Part shown: piece after piece, positions 1-9,463 of the stretch | Position numbering within the stretch: the first letter of the stretch is position 1 | Layout of the letters: every line of letters begins with the position of its first letter | Origin: a virus | Taxonomy: Duplodnaviria > Heunggongvirae > Uroviricota > Caudoviricetes | IMG/VR virus record: IMGVR_UViG_3300047552_001889 | Location: 64,001-128,000 of that record | DNA: 64,000 nt | Direction: 5' to 3' (one strand) | The notes under the pieces: generated by a model | What the model saw: only the letters and a program-made list of their open reading frames with translations | What the model was told of the DNA's origin: nothing | Databases searched by the model: none | Program-made: the position numbers and the translations under genes

Positions 1-734
1 ACCATATCGGAAATGCTTGAGCGCTTTCTCATAATTTCCCATTCATCCTCTGTGTAGAATGCAATTACTCTATCATCAGAAACGAACTCATACTTAAGAG
101 AACCAATTTGACCCATTCTGTTCTTTTTGGTGCTCATTGTTCTTTCTCCAGTCTTAGGGTCGGCAATCAAGAAAATAGGAACGTCAACATCAAATACTGT
201 TGCAGCTGGACCCTCAATCTGGTTTTGAGCATTCATCTGGACAATCAACACAGCAATTCCCTCTGTCTTATCCTTCCAGTCGTAAAGGTCCTTGATGATG
301 TTCTTGTAATTGTCATACTTGAACTTTCCATTCTCCTTGGAGAGTAAGTCAGCAGCATGCTGTAGAGAGTCAACAATCACAAGTAGAGGCTTCTCATCAT
401 AAATGTACTTCATGAAAGAAGACCATGTATCAAAGTCGTCAACGTCACAAATCAATTCATCATCACCAGTCTTAATTCGAGAAGTTTGGCGAGCCACAGA
501 GGACTTACGACTCTCAAGAGCGTAGAAGACTGATTTTTCTCCAGGCTTAAGGTCTTTCTGTAGCTTCTTGCAAAGAGTTGTCTTTCCAGCTCCAGAAGTA
601 CCAGCAAGCGCAATCATTGTTGCAAGCTCTACACCACCAACTGTTGAAATGAAATTGTCAAAAGTTTCATCGCCAAACTTAACAGTTTCTCTGTCAACAA
701 TTTGTACTTTACTATAAGGAATCGCCTTTGACAT
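1..734 (-). CDS. RadA/Sms-like RecA-family ATPase (3' end runs off window)
   Basis: Own translation of - strand from ATG at 734 (MSKAIPYSK...): Walker A GTSGAGKT, Walker B VIVDS, KNRMG resembling RadA KNRFG; open to the window edge; not in ORF track. Confidence 0.8.
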   Translation of the reverse strand, partial: MSKAIPYSKVQIVDRETVKFGDETFDNFISTVGGVELATMIALAGTSGAGKTTLCKKLQKDLKPGEKSVFYALESRKSSVARQTSRIKTGDDELICDVDDFDTWSSFMKYIYDEKPLLVIVDSLQHAADLLSKENGKFKYDNYKNIIKDLYDWKDKTEGIAVLIVQMNAQNQIEGPAATVFDVDVPIFLIADPKTGERTMSTKKNRMGQIGSLKYEFVSDDRVIAFYTEDEWEIMRKRSSISDM

Positions 735-763
735 AATTAATGATTTAAAAAAGGTTTATATTA

Positions 764-792
764 TTATACGGATTTAAACAATAAATGTTACA
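764..792 (-). promoter_or_regulatory. ECF-type promoter TGTAAC-N16-CGTATAA
   Basis: Exact motif on - strand upstream of ATG 734. Confidence 0.8.
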
Positions 793-835
793 CTTGAACA
801 CTGCTCTAACAATTATTTTTTTAAAAATCACATTT

Positions 836-864
836 TGAAACATTTTATTATTAATTTCGTATAA
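836..864 (+). promoter_or_regulatory. ECF-type promoter TGAAAC-N16-CGTATAA
   Basis: Exact motif upstream of ATG 874. Confidence 0.8.
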
Positions 865-873
865 GAAACTGAT

Positions 874-1209
874 ATGACGGAAGAAACATTAAGAGACATA
901 CGTAGCAGGTATCCGAACATTACTGGTGAGGAACTTAAGGCGCTTAGCCCAGAGGAGTGGAATAAGTGTAGCATTGCTCTACTTGAAGGTATTTCTATTG
1001 ACTATAAGAACCAGCTTCAAGACCTGTTCAAGAACAGCAAGAAATTGATTGAAGATGGAGTTTCATTAGAGGATATTGATTGGCTTAAGGAATATCTTAG
1101 AGATTGCAAGAATAGTGTTGAATCTCAGCTAAAGGAGCGAGTATTGGAACAACAGTATCTTAGAGGTGGATTGAATTCACCATGGTGCTATAAACACAAG
1201 GAGGCGTAA
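874..1209 (+). CDS. hypothetical protein
   Basis: Packed ORF after promoter; no motif recognised. Confidence 0.8.
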   Translation: MTEETLRDIRSRYPNITGEELKALSPEEWNKCSIALLEGISIDYKNQLQDLFKNSKKLIEDGVSLEDIDWLKEYLRDCKNSVESQLKERVLEQQYLRGGLNSPWCYKHKEA

Positions 1210-2030
1210 TGAATTCACTAAAAAGTTTAATGCAGAACACATATTGGGTCGCAATCATAGTATTTGTGTCTCAACTGGTATTTATCTATCTCAGAACTCT
1301 GAATGTAATCTATACAACAGAGAAGAAAATCTGGATGTCAATTTTCACTGGAGTTGGAATTGGATTCTTAACTCTTATTTCCTTTGAAATTGGTATTGAC
1401 TCCCTTAAGAGTGGAGAGCCAGTTCCTATTATCCTATTCCTAGCTGGAGGTGCATTTGGAACGTGGTGGGGAATCAGACAAAATGCAAGAATGGAGGTTC
1501 CAGTTACAAAAGATGATGAGCAGTCCGAAAAGGTTCTAAGTGAGATTGACAAGATAAAGACTAATTATGATAAAATATTAGAAGAGCTTTATAGTGTCAA
1601 GAAAGAATTAGAGAATAAGGATAAGGAAATCAGTAGTAACATCCACTACAGAAAAGTAAATAGAAAGCTTGATGGATGGAAGAAGGAACATGAGTTTATT
1701 GAGTTCTACTCAAAGATTTATGTGCTAGATAATGGTGATAGAAAGAAGAATCCACCATACGTCTCAATGAGTTCTAGTGGAGTAATCGACAAGTATGATA
1801 AAACCATTGGTCCAGAATCAAAGCTTAGATGCTTCATGATTACAAAGCTTGTAATTCCTAACTATTTTAGCGAACAAGAATTGTCAGTTGCTGTATCAGC
1901 AGGTCCTGAAAGAAATAACTTTGAAAGTGTATTCGGTATGTCGTACAGAGAGATTATCGCTATTATGTACGAGCATAACTATCACAGAGTAAAGAATGAA
2001 ATGTACACACTCAATTTCTATGAAATATGA
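1209..2030 (+). CDS. membrane protein, N-terminal DUF5698/DUF2179-like domain plus soluble C-terminal domain
   Basis: About 3 hydrophobic segments, IYLRTLNV and GGAFGTWWG, then coiled coil. Confidence 0.55.
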   Translation: MNSLKSLMQNTYWVAIIVFVSQLVFIYLRTLNVIYTTEKKIWMSIFTGVGIGFLTLISFEIGIDSLKSGEPVPIILFLAGGAFGTWWGIRQNARMEVPVTKDDEQSEKVLSEIDKIKTNYDKILEELYSVKKELENKDKEISSNIHYRKVNRKLDGWKKEHEFIEFYSKIYVLDNGDRKKNPPYVSMSSSGVIDKYDKTIGPESKLRCFMITKLVIPNYFSEQELSVAVSAGPERNNFESVFGMSYREIIAIMYEHNYHRVKNEMYTLNFYEI

Positions 2031-2446
2031 AAGAGGCTGAATTGAAGCATAGCTCTCCAGAGAACAAGCTAAAGCTATTCACAATGGGATTGAACCTTGA
2101 GGTTCAACCATACTGGCTCATCAAGCAAATGATTAGCTATAATAGCCAGAGTATGATTGATGAGCTAATTGAGAAGCAATATAGGGAGGCTCTTGATAGA
2201 TTCGCATTCTGGCAATCTAAAACAATTGAAAATATTAAGGAAGACGAGGATGGTGAAGTCATATTTGATAATATGAAGTATCATCAGCATGTTCAGGAAA
2301 TACAGGATGTAGCAGACATCTCAAGAGACCTACTGCCTTTACATTCTGATTATGAGTGTATTGAGCTTACAGATGAGCAAATGAATGCAAAAGAGTTAGC
2401 CTACAAATATTGGGGCTACAATAAGTTTTATGGATATAAAGATTGA
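2027..2446 (+). CDS. hypothetical protein
   Basis: ATGA overlap; no motif. Confidence 0.75.
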   Translation: MKEAELKHSSPENKLKLFTMGLNLEVQPYWLIKQMISYNSQSMIDELIEKQYREALDRFAFWQSKTIENIKEDEDGEVIFDNMKYHQHVQEIQDVADISRDLLPLHSDYECIELTDEQMNAKELAYKYWGYNKFYGYKD

Positions 2447-2631
2447 GTGATATGCAATTTAAAGTTGGTGATAAAGTTGTTAAAAAATCTGGAAAACCAT
2501 TTAAGAATGGTGAAAAAAATCAAACAATATTTTCTTTGGGCAAAAATGAACAGCACCCAAATAATAAAGATTGTGCTGTTTTTTCAGATGGCTCTGTTTG
2601 TAATTTACAAATGTTAAAATTAGAAGAGTAA
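2443..2631 (+). CDS. hypothetical protein
   Basis: Overlapping small ORF, FKVGDKVVK start. Confidence 0.7.
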   Translation: MSDMQFKVGDKVVKKSGKPFKNGEKNQTIFSLGKNEQHPNNKDCAVFSDGSVCNLQMLKLEE

Positions 2632-2882
2632 TGGGAGTATTACCTTGTCACAGAATTGATTGTGATTCAATTATGTGTAATACATATGTTCATTCAGTTG
2701 GATATGTGTGTCAAAGTTGTCAAAATGAATTCAAGGATTATCTTGAGTCAAATCGCATAGATACACCAACCGAAGGAGAAATTGAGAGAGAGTTGATTAA
2801 GTTTATGGCAACATCTAAGAATAGATTTTCAGTTGGTGATGAAATGACTGTTGAACAATTTTTTGAAAAACATACAAGATGA
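2631..2882 (+). CDS. hypothetical Cys-rich protein
   Basis: CxxxxC...C...CxxC pattern. Confidence 0.7.
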   Translation: MGVLPCHRIDCDSIMCNTYVHSVGYVCQSCQNEFKDYLESNRIDTPTEGEIERELIKFMATSKNRFSVGDEMTVEQFFEKHTR

Positions 2883-3715
2883 ATTTAGTTAAAATGAAAA
2901 ACCAAGAACTTTGGAACAAGCTTCAAGACTTCAATCTTGATGACCCTAATGCAGCCTTTTCTCTTTCTCAGAGGTTGGCTAGAGAAAATGGATGGTCAAT
3001 TGACTATTCAAAGAGAGTAATTGATGAGTACAAGAAGTTTCTCTACTTATCAGTAGTTGAAAAGCGTTCGCTTACTCCTTCAGATGAAGTTGACCAAGCT
3101 TGGCACCTACACATGATTTACACCAACTCCTACTGGAATGACCTATGTAAGAATACGTTGGGTATGAGCTTTCACCATGGGCCAACCAAGGGTGGAGAAA
3201 CAGAGAAGGTTAAGTACAATGACCAGTATACAAAAACTCTTGAGCTTTACAAGGAAAATTTTGGACATGACGCTCCAAGTGATATTTGGCCAGATGTTGA
3301 CACAAGGTTTTCAAATGTAGTTTACAGAAGAGTAAACATGCATGAGAACATCGTGCTAAACAAGTCAAAAGTTGCAAGCTATATGCTATCGTTTGTCATT
3401 GCTCCTCTTTTGGTAGTTATATCAGCAATGTTCATCTTTGCAAGAGGAATCAACTGGGGTAAGGTTATGCTCTGGGTATTCTTCATCGTTGTTATCTTCT
3501 TTATCGTCAGAGGAATCTGGAGATACATTAACAGAAACAGTAGAGGTGGCGGCTCAAGTGGTAGCTCAGGCTCAAGCGACAGTGGATGTAGTATATTTAG
3601 CTCATTCTTCGGATGTGGTGGAGACAGTGGATGCGGTAGCAGTGGTTGTGGAAGCAGTGGTTGTGGAAGCAGCGGTTGTGGTGGATGTGGTGGCTGTGGA
3701 GGCTGTGGAAGTTAA
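2879..3715 (+). CDS. glycine-rich-domain (DUF1399/TIGR04222-like) membrane protein with Gly/Cys tail
   Basis: EYKKFLYL, PSDEVDQAWHLHM, HHGP motifs; two TM segments; tail (GSSGC)n(GGC)n. Confidence 0.75.
   Translation: MNLVKMKNQELWNKLQDFNLDDPNAAFSLSQRLARENGWSIDYSKRVIDEYKKFLYLSVVEKRSLTPSDEVDQAWHLHMIYTNSYWNDLCKNTLGMSFHHGPTKGGETEKVKYNDQYTKTLELYKENFGHDAPSDIWPDVDTRFSNVVYRRVNMHENIVLNKSKVASYMLSFVIAPLLVVISAMFIFARGINWGKVMLWVFFIVVIFFIVRGIWRYINRNSRGGGSSGSSGSSDSGCSIFSSFFGCGGDSGCGSSGCGSSGCGSSGCGGCGGCGGCGS
3619..3712 (+). repeat. coding tandem repeats (15 bp agcagtggttgtgga and 9 bp tgtggtgga variants)
   Basis: Visible imperfect tandem units encoding SSGCG and CGG. Confidence 0.8.
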
Positions 3716-3736
3716 TCTTAAAAAACAATTGAATAA

Positions 3737-5155
3737 ATGGAAAATATAAAATCAATACTTGACGAGATTTCTGCAGAACCAGGAACCAATGCTAAGATGT
3801 CAATCCTTAATAAGTACTCAGATAATGAGCTACTTAAAACAACGCTATACTTGGCTATGTCCAAGAGAGTTAAATTCTACATTAAGCAAATTCCAGATTT
3901 CCAGTACATTGGAGATGACAATGGTCTTGAGTGGGCTATTGAACAACTTCATAGGCTATCCTCAAGAGAGTTTACTGGAACAGCTGCCGTCAATCATCTG
4001 CAATACATTCTTGGTGGAGTAAATCCAAGTGACCAATATGTCGTGAAAAGAATTATCGAGAAGGACCTCAAAATTGGAATTGGAAGAACAAATGTTAACA
4101 AGGTAATCGAGAGTCTTGTTGAGAAAACTCCATACATGGGTGCTAAGTCCTATGATAAGAAGCTTGTCGAGGCTGTCATTAAGAAAGGTAAGGCTCTTAG
4201 TCAAATAAAGATGGATGGTAGATATGCGAATGCAATCATTCGAGATGGTGATGTTGAGCTTGAGAGTAGAGCTGGCGAGCCAAATGGACTCAAGGATGCT
4301 CTATTCCTTAAGGAGTTATCCCAGCTGGGTGATGAAATCGTTTTGAATGGTGAGCTTACGGTTATCGGAGTCCCAGTTAGAAGAACTGCAAACGGAATTG
4401 TTTCTTCCCTTGTTGACATTCAACTTAAGGAAGAGGAACGTGGTCCAGTTGAGACTCAAAAGAAGATTGATGAATTCTTGAAGAAGCACAGAGCTGACTT
4501 CGGAAAGGATGACCTCACATTTCAAGAGGCTCTTGATTCAGTTGTTTACACCTGCTGGGATATGATTAAAGTGGAGGAGTACTATGAGAAAAAATCAAAG
4601 AGACCATACGAAACTAGATTTGAAGAGCTTAACGCTTTAATTAGCGAGAAAAATCCAACAAGAATCGAAATCGTTGAAACCAGAGAGGTTACAACTGTGA
4701 AGGAAGCTATGCAACACTTTACAGAAGCAATTGAGAGAGAACTTGAGGGTACAATTCTTAAGGACTCGAAAGGTGAGTGGAAAGATGGAAAACCTAACTG
4801 GCAAGTTAAGATGAAGCTTGACATGAATGTTGACCTTAGGATTATTGGATTTGAGATGGGAACTCCTGGAACTAAGAATGAAAACTGGGTCTCTACTCTA
4901 AATTTAGAATCGTCATGTGGTCTTCTTAAGACTAACCCTTCAAACATGGATGAAAATATGATGCAGTATGTAACCGACAACCAGGATAAGCTAATGGGTG
5001 CAATCGTTGAGGTAAACTGTAAGGGTCTTTCTCAGAATAAGTTTGGAGATTGGTCACTAATGCACCCATCTGTCGTTGAGATTCGAGAAGATAAAGATAC
5101 TTGCGATTCGCTTGAGTCAGCTAAGGCAATTGAAGAATCTGTAAAGAGTTTATAA
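3737..5155 (+). CDS. lig: ATP-dependent DNA ligase
   Basis: Motif I KMDG, VLNGEL, EGTILK, W-K-K motif, C-terminal OB fold with HP...REDK. Confidence 0.95.
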   Translation: MENIKSILDEISAEPGTNAKMSILNKYSDNELLKTTLYLAMSKRVKFYIKQIPDFQYIGDDNGLEWAIEQLHRLSSREFTGTAAVNHLQYILGGVNPSDQYVVKRIIEKDLKIGIGRTNVNKVIESLVEKTPYMGAKSYDKKLVEAVIKKGKALSQIKMDGRYANAIIRDGDVELESRAGEPNGLKDALFLKELSQLGDEIVLNGELTVIGVPVRRTANGIVSSLVDIQLKEEERGPVETQKKIDEFLKKHRADFGKDDLTFQEALDSVVYTCWDMIKVEEYYEKKSKRPYETRFEELNALISEKNPTRIEIVETREVTTVKEAMQHFTEAIERELEGTILKDSKGEWKDGKPNWQVKMKLDMNVDLRIIGFEMGTPGTKNENWVSTLNLESSCGLLKTNPSNMDENMMQYVTDNQDKLMGAIVEVNCKGLSQNKFGDWSLMHPSVVEIREDKDTCDSLESAKAIEESVKSL

Positions 5156-5157
5156 CA

Positions 5158-5532
5158 ATGGAAAAGGATTTTAAGTACTCAATAAGAATAAGAAAAAATA
5201 AAAAACTTCTTGTTGAAGAAACTGTTACGTTTGGAAGCTTGAAGTGCCCTTTCCCAGATGATTGGAAGAATAGTGGAGTGGCTATTCAGGCTCTTGAGGA
5301 CTATAAGGATTCAATGGTTCAAAATCACTTCGAAATTTCATATGAAGAGCTTGATGAAAGTCAGGAAGAGAAAATGGAAAAAATCTATTTTGAAGATGAG
5401 TGTAAAGAAATCGCCTGGAAAGCCTACATGAGTAGAACGGATGAGAGAGAGTTTGAGCTGATTCACAGAAAGTCTGCAAGAGATGAGTTTGAGAAGTGGT
5501 GGATTAAAAATGGTAAGAAAAATGAAGGATAA
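5158..5532 (+). CDS. hypothetical protein
   Basis: Packed ORF; no motif. Confidence 0.75.
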   Translation: MEKDFKYSIRIRKNKKLLVEETVTFGSLKCPFPDDWKNSGVAIQALEDYKDSMVQNHFEISYEELDESQEEKMEKIYFEDECKEIAWKAYMSRTDEREFELIHRKSARDEFEKWWIKNGKKNEG

Positions 5533-5947
5533 TACAGTTAAGAATCTTTGGATTGGACTCTTCTTCCTGTTCTCAATAGTTTCAGTTTGGACCTACTTTG
5601 AGTTCAGAGAAAAGGAAAGGCTTAGTATTGAGTACAAGACTACACAGAAAGAACTCCAGAAGGAGCTTGATATGAATGCGAAGTGTAATCATCATGTGGA
5701 CTCTCTGCAGGATATTAATGATAGGCTTTCACACTATGAGTCGCTTACAATGGCTATGCTTCACAGAGATGAGGCCACCAAGCGTCTTAAGAATGTGGGT
5801 GATATTGTCTACCTTAAGATTGACTCATCAAGAGTTGTGATTGAGGACATCATAATTGGTGGTGGAAAGTATAACTACTTCATCAAGTACAGGGTTCTAC
5901 TTAAGGATGAATCAAAGCGAGAAATAACACCAGAAATGATTTATTAA
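5522..5947 (+). CDS. membrane-anchored coiled-coil protein
   Basis: Start moved to ATG 5522; N-terminal TM then coiled coil. Confidence 0.7.
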   Translation: MKDNTVKNLWIGLFFLFSIVSVWTYFEFREKERLSIEYKTTQKELQKELDMNAKCNHHVDSLQDINDRLSHYESLTMAMLHRDEATKRLKNVGDIVYLKIDSSRVVIEDIIIGGGKYNYFIKYRVLLKDESKREITPEMIY

Positions 5948-5948
5948 A

Positions 5949-6425
5949 ATGATTCCAAAAAAAATAAAAATGTCAGTAATGACAAGTAATGGTGATGGAG
6001 GTTTTTCTTTTTCTGGAGATAAAGAATATGTACCATATCCATTAACTGGCTTTAAGGCAGATAATACATTTTCTATGAATGCCAATACTGGTGTTGGAAG
6101 GTATTGTGATACAAGCTTTTTTAGAAATAAAAAAGAAGGAGAAATTGTTTTTTTTAAAAACAGTAAAACACCTTATTGTGCTATGTTTACTAATATTAAT
6201 TATGATTGGAGTACGAGTTGTGAAATGTATTTTATAGGTGCCGAACTTAAATTTTTATTTTTTTTAAAAGATTATTGGCAACTTGTAGAAGAATCTTTTA
6301 TTGAAATGTATCACAATGAAGAAATTACATCAGAAGAGTTTTATCAAGAGATGTTTAAAATTTTCAGCATTGATGATGCCTTGCAGATTTGTAGCGAAGA
6401 AGTTGTTAAATTTTTAAATAAATGA
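5949..6425 (+). CDS. hypothetical protein (very AT-rich)
   Basis: Packed ORF; no motif. Confidence 0.7.
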   Translation: MIPKKIKMSVMTSNGDGGFSFSGDKEYVPYPLTGFKADNTFSMNANTGVGRYCDTSFFRNKKEGEIVFFKNSKTPYCAMFTNINYDWSTSCEMYFIGAELKFLFFLKDYWQLVEESFIEMYHNEEITSEEFYQEMFKIFSIDDALQICSEEVVKFLNK

Positions 6426-6440
6426 AAAAATAAAATTAAT

Positions 6441-7019
6441 ATGGAATCAATAGACTTAACAATTTTGCCTGAGTGGCAACGAGATTCAAATAATGCAAAG
6501 CTTCAGGCTTGGTATAATAAAAATGCTGAAGATACTTCTGATACAATGAAGTATAAGGAAGCTATGTCAGACCAGTTTGTGTTTATTCGTGACACATTTT
6601 CATATGACCTATTCAGAGAGAAGCTCGTATCTCTTGAACCAGTGTCTACACACACATCAAAGTCAGTCAGGCTTCCAGTGTATAAGGCTGTTCTAGTAGA
6701 TGGAACAACCATAATTGCTAGATGTAATTTCCACGACTGGAAGGTTTCTGTATGGTCTCCAAGAGAGCTTTGCTTTCCTGCTAGTCTTTTGAATAGGGGT
6801 GGCTCAGAAAAAATAAATAGAGTTTATTGTGAGGGCTTCAAAGATGAGTGGGTGCTTGATAGCTATGAGAACAATAAGAAGGAATTCACGGTTGAGCTTT
6901 CCCCTGGAGAGAAATATATGTGGACATTTTTGTTTTTGCTCAATGAGCAAGTACCAGAGCCTAATAGCGGAGAATCTGACGACACAGGAACAGAAGTTGC
7001 AATTGCAATGGGAAGATAA
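6441..7019 (+). CDS. hypothetical protein
   Basis: Packed ORF; no motif. Confidence 0.8.
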   Translation: MESIDLTILPEWQRDSNNAKLQAWYNKNAEDTSDTMKYKEAMSDQFVFIRDTFSYDLFREKLVSLEPVSTHTSKSVRLPVYKAVLVDGTTIIARCNFHDWKVSVWSPRELCFPASLLNRGGSEKINRVYCEGFKDEWVLDSYENNKKEFTVELSPGEKYMWTFLFLLNEQVPEPNSGESDDTGTEVAIAMGR

Positions 7020-7039
7020 TTTCTTATTTTTTAAATAAA

Positions 7040-9055
7040 ATGGATACACCAACTAATTATGACAATGTGTGTCAAAAGGCTCTTGATGCACAAAAAAAGT
7101 ATAATTTAACCGATACTCAAACTTTGCTATATAACCATATATGCAGAGGTGACTTCTATTTACGAAATGAAGATGGTGAGAAATTTTATCATCATCATAA
7201 CAATGGTTTTGGTTGGAGTGGAGATAGAAAATGGGTGAAAAAACAGATGCAACCACTGGTTAAGGCAGGGTTGGTTAAACATGAGTCACTTCACAACTGT
7301 CGAGACCCAAGATATACTTCGTGGGTTTGGTATGATGCTGATTATGATTATAACGAACTCATTAATGCAAGTTGTTATGTGACAACTAGCAAGATATTTA
7401 TGATTAAGCATTATCTGAATCTACCAGATGGATTTAAGAAAAAAAATGTTACTTATGGCGATTTTGAGTTCATATATAATAACAACATATGGAGCTTGAG
7501 GTACAAAGGACAAGAAGACAACATTTCTTTTGACCATAATGGAGAAGGAAAAATAAGAAGTCATTATGACTTTAGTCGAACTTATTCCTCGTTTAGTGAG
7601 ATGACCCATCAAATATGGAGTTATTTGGCTCATGAAGGAAAAGAATACACTGATAAAATTCCTGGAACCACAACGAAGAGATATTTTTCTCCACAAGAGC
7701 TGATTGATAGAAAGGAAGCTATTGATAAAAGGAGACGAGAGCGAGAAGAGGCTGAGAGAAAAAGATTAGAGGAAGAGAAAGAAGCCAAAAGACTCCAAGA
7801 CATTCTTGATGAAAAAAGAAAAATAACATATACGTTTGAATATATCAAAGCGGATAAAGAATCTGGAATTGAGGTTAACGATTTTGTAATTATTCCGAGT
7901 AATGGTAAAGAGTTTGTTGGATACATCGTGCAGACAGATTGTTCGTCCCCAGCTGTAATAAAAGCTAGTTGTAGAGTTTCTGTTGGAAAATGGAACATAG
8001 GATACGGCTCTTGTAAGGAAGGTTTTTTTATAGCTGAAATAAAAGTTAATGGCAAAAAAATCACAGTAGAAGAGTTCAAGGAGCTACAGGAAGTTTTAAA
8101 TTTTAACAACTTATACATTGGTGAGTTAAATTATGTACCATCTCTTACAGAAGAAGAAATCTATAATAAGATGACTGAAGTATCCACATTCAATAACAGA
8201 GAAATTGAATATCTTGAGGAAAGAGGATTTCAGATTTTAAAAAGAGAAGAGTGGGACAAAAATGGTTTTAGTCATAAGCATATGGCTTCTGTTGCAGCTA
8301 TTCCAGGAGTTAATAGTCACTATCTTTTTAAGAGCGCAACTAAAAACTGGGATGACCTTGAATTTCAACCATATTTCTCAACAGTTCAATTTAGTAGTCC
8401 TTGGAATAAAGAAAGTGATGCGTATAAGCGTCACTGGGAAAATACATGTAGATGGTGTTCGAGTCAAGGCGGATATAGTCTAGCTTATGGAAAAACTGTT
8501 GAGGAATTTATTGATAATAAATTTTTCATAGAGCATGCCCCAAAGATAATGCCAGTTGAATTTAAGTTCAATAAGATTTATTTGAATCATGATTATACTC
8601 AAGAAGGTTATAAAAATGAGACAATAGATATTATAAGTGGTGGATACGAAAAATTGGCAGCTAAAGATTTTAGTATGATAATTGAGCTGAAGGCTAATAA
8701 AAGGCCTAAGAAAGTTGATGAATACTTAAGAGGGACTAAGGGGTGGAGAGGTCGAATTAATCACTGCACCAGGAGCAAATATATGGATGTTGATTATGAA
8801 GCCATTGAAGAAGATGTGAAACATTATCTAGGGATTAAAAAAAGAGGTAATCCTGGAAAAGATGACTTCTGCATGGTTCTCGCAAGAGCTGGAGACAGAG
8901 TTCTTGTTGGGTATGGACACCGCTATAGTGGAAGTAGAAGGTCTCTTGATTCACGAAACATCGAATCCATGCTAAAAGGAAAAAAGATAAAAGGTAGTTT
9001 TTATCTTAAGACTCATGGAAAAAACCATTTCTTGGAACCATTAAAAAAAATTTAA
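7040..9055 (+). CDS. large hypothetical protein (671 aa) with central charged coiled coil
   Basis: Long ORF; KRRREREEAERKRLEEEKEAKR linker. Confidence 0.9.
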   Translation: MDTPTNYDNVCQKALDAQKKYNLTDTQTLLYNHICRGDFYLRNEDGEKFYHHHNNGFGWSGDRKWVKKQMQPLVKAGLVKHESLHNCRDPRYTSWVWYDADYDYNELINASCYVTTSKIFMIKHYLNLPDGFKKKNVTYGDFEFIYNNNIWSLRYKGQEDNISFDHNGEGKIRSHYDFSRTYSSFSEMTHQIWSYLAHEGKEYTDKIPGTTTKRYFSPQELIDRKEAIDKRRREREEAERKRLEEEKEAKRLQDILDEKRKITYTFEYIKADKESGIEVNDFVIIPSNGKEFVGYIVQTDCSSPAVIKASCRVSVGKWNIGYGSCKEGFFIAEIKVNGKKITVEEFKELQEVLNFNNLYIGELNYVPSLTEEEIYNKMTEVSTFNNREIEYLEERGFQILKREEWDKNGFSHKHMASVAAIPGVNSHYLFKSATKNWDDLEFQPYFSTVQFSSPWNKESDAYKRHWENTCRWCSSQGGYSLAYGKTVEEFIDNKFFIEHAPKIMPVEFKFNKIYLNHDYTQEGYKNETIDIISGGYEKLAAKDFSMIIELKANKRPKKVDEYLRGTKGWRGRINHCTRSKYMDVDYEAIEEDVKHYLGIKKRGNPGKDDFCMVLARAGDRVLVGYGHRYSGSRRSLDSRNIESMLKGKKIKGSFYLKTHGKNHFLEPLKKI

Positions 9056-9056
9056 A

Positions 9057-9353
9057 ATGGAAGACAAAACGACAAAGCCGATGTGGGATATTATTAGACA
9101 TCTAGCTAAGGCACCAGATGGTCAACTGGACAAGTCAATGGCTGATGAGATTAATAATATTGTTGATGAGTTCGAAGGTAAAGATAATTGCAACAAGGAA
9201 GTTGCTGACAAGTTGTTATATGTGCTAGATATGTGTGTTCATGCAAGTCTTGCATCTGGATTTGTAATAAAAATTCTTGATGCAGAGTGGAGAAGGCTTG
9301 GTGGAACTATTGAGGATGGTAATGTAAATTGCCCCTGGAGGAATAATTTTTGA
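9057..9353 (+). CDS. hypothetical protein
   Basis: Packed ORF. Confidence 0.75.
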   Translation: MEDKTTKPMWDIIRHLAKAPDGQLDKSMADEINNIVDEFEGKDNCNKEVADKLLYVLDMCVHASLASGFVIKILDAEWRRLGGTIEDGNVNCPWRNNF

Positions 9354-9413
9354 TTTTGCTGGTTTCTTGTAAATCAGCTTGACTCGTTGCCCAGTTAGGG
9401 TGATAGAGATAGG

Positions 9414-9450
9414 AATGCGATAATCTATTTGGAGGTTATCGCATTTTGTT
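9414..9450 (+). terminator. intrinsic terminator-like hairpin
   Basis: AATGCGATAATCT-atttgg-AGGTTATCGCATT followed by T-rich run. Confidence 0.65.
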
Positions 9451-9459
9451 TTATATTTG
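9428..9459 (+). promoter_or_regulatory. Bacteroidota sigmaA-type promoter TTTG-N20-TATATTTG
   Basis: Matches -33/-7 consensus just upstream of ATG 9464. Confidence 0.65.
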
Positions 9460-9463
9460 CTAC

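Noticed and set aside
108-347. ORF-track call on + strand
   Set aside because: Shadow of the real - strand RadA-like gene.
3438-3749. Val/Ala-rich 103-aa ORF overlapping the Gly/Cys tail
   Set aside because: Out-of-frame product of the tandem repeats; no independent start context.
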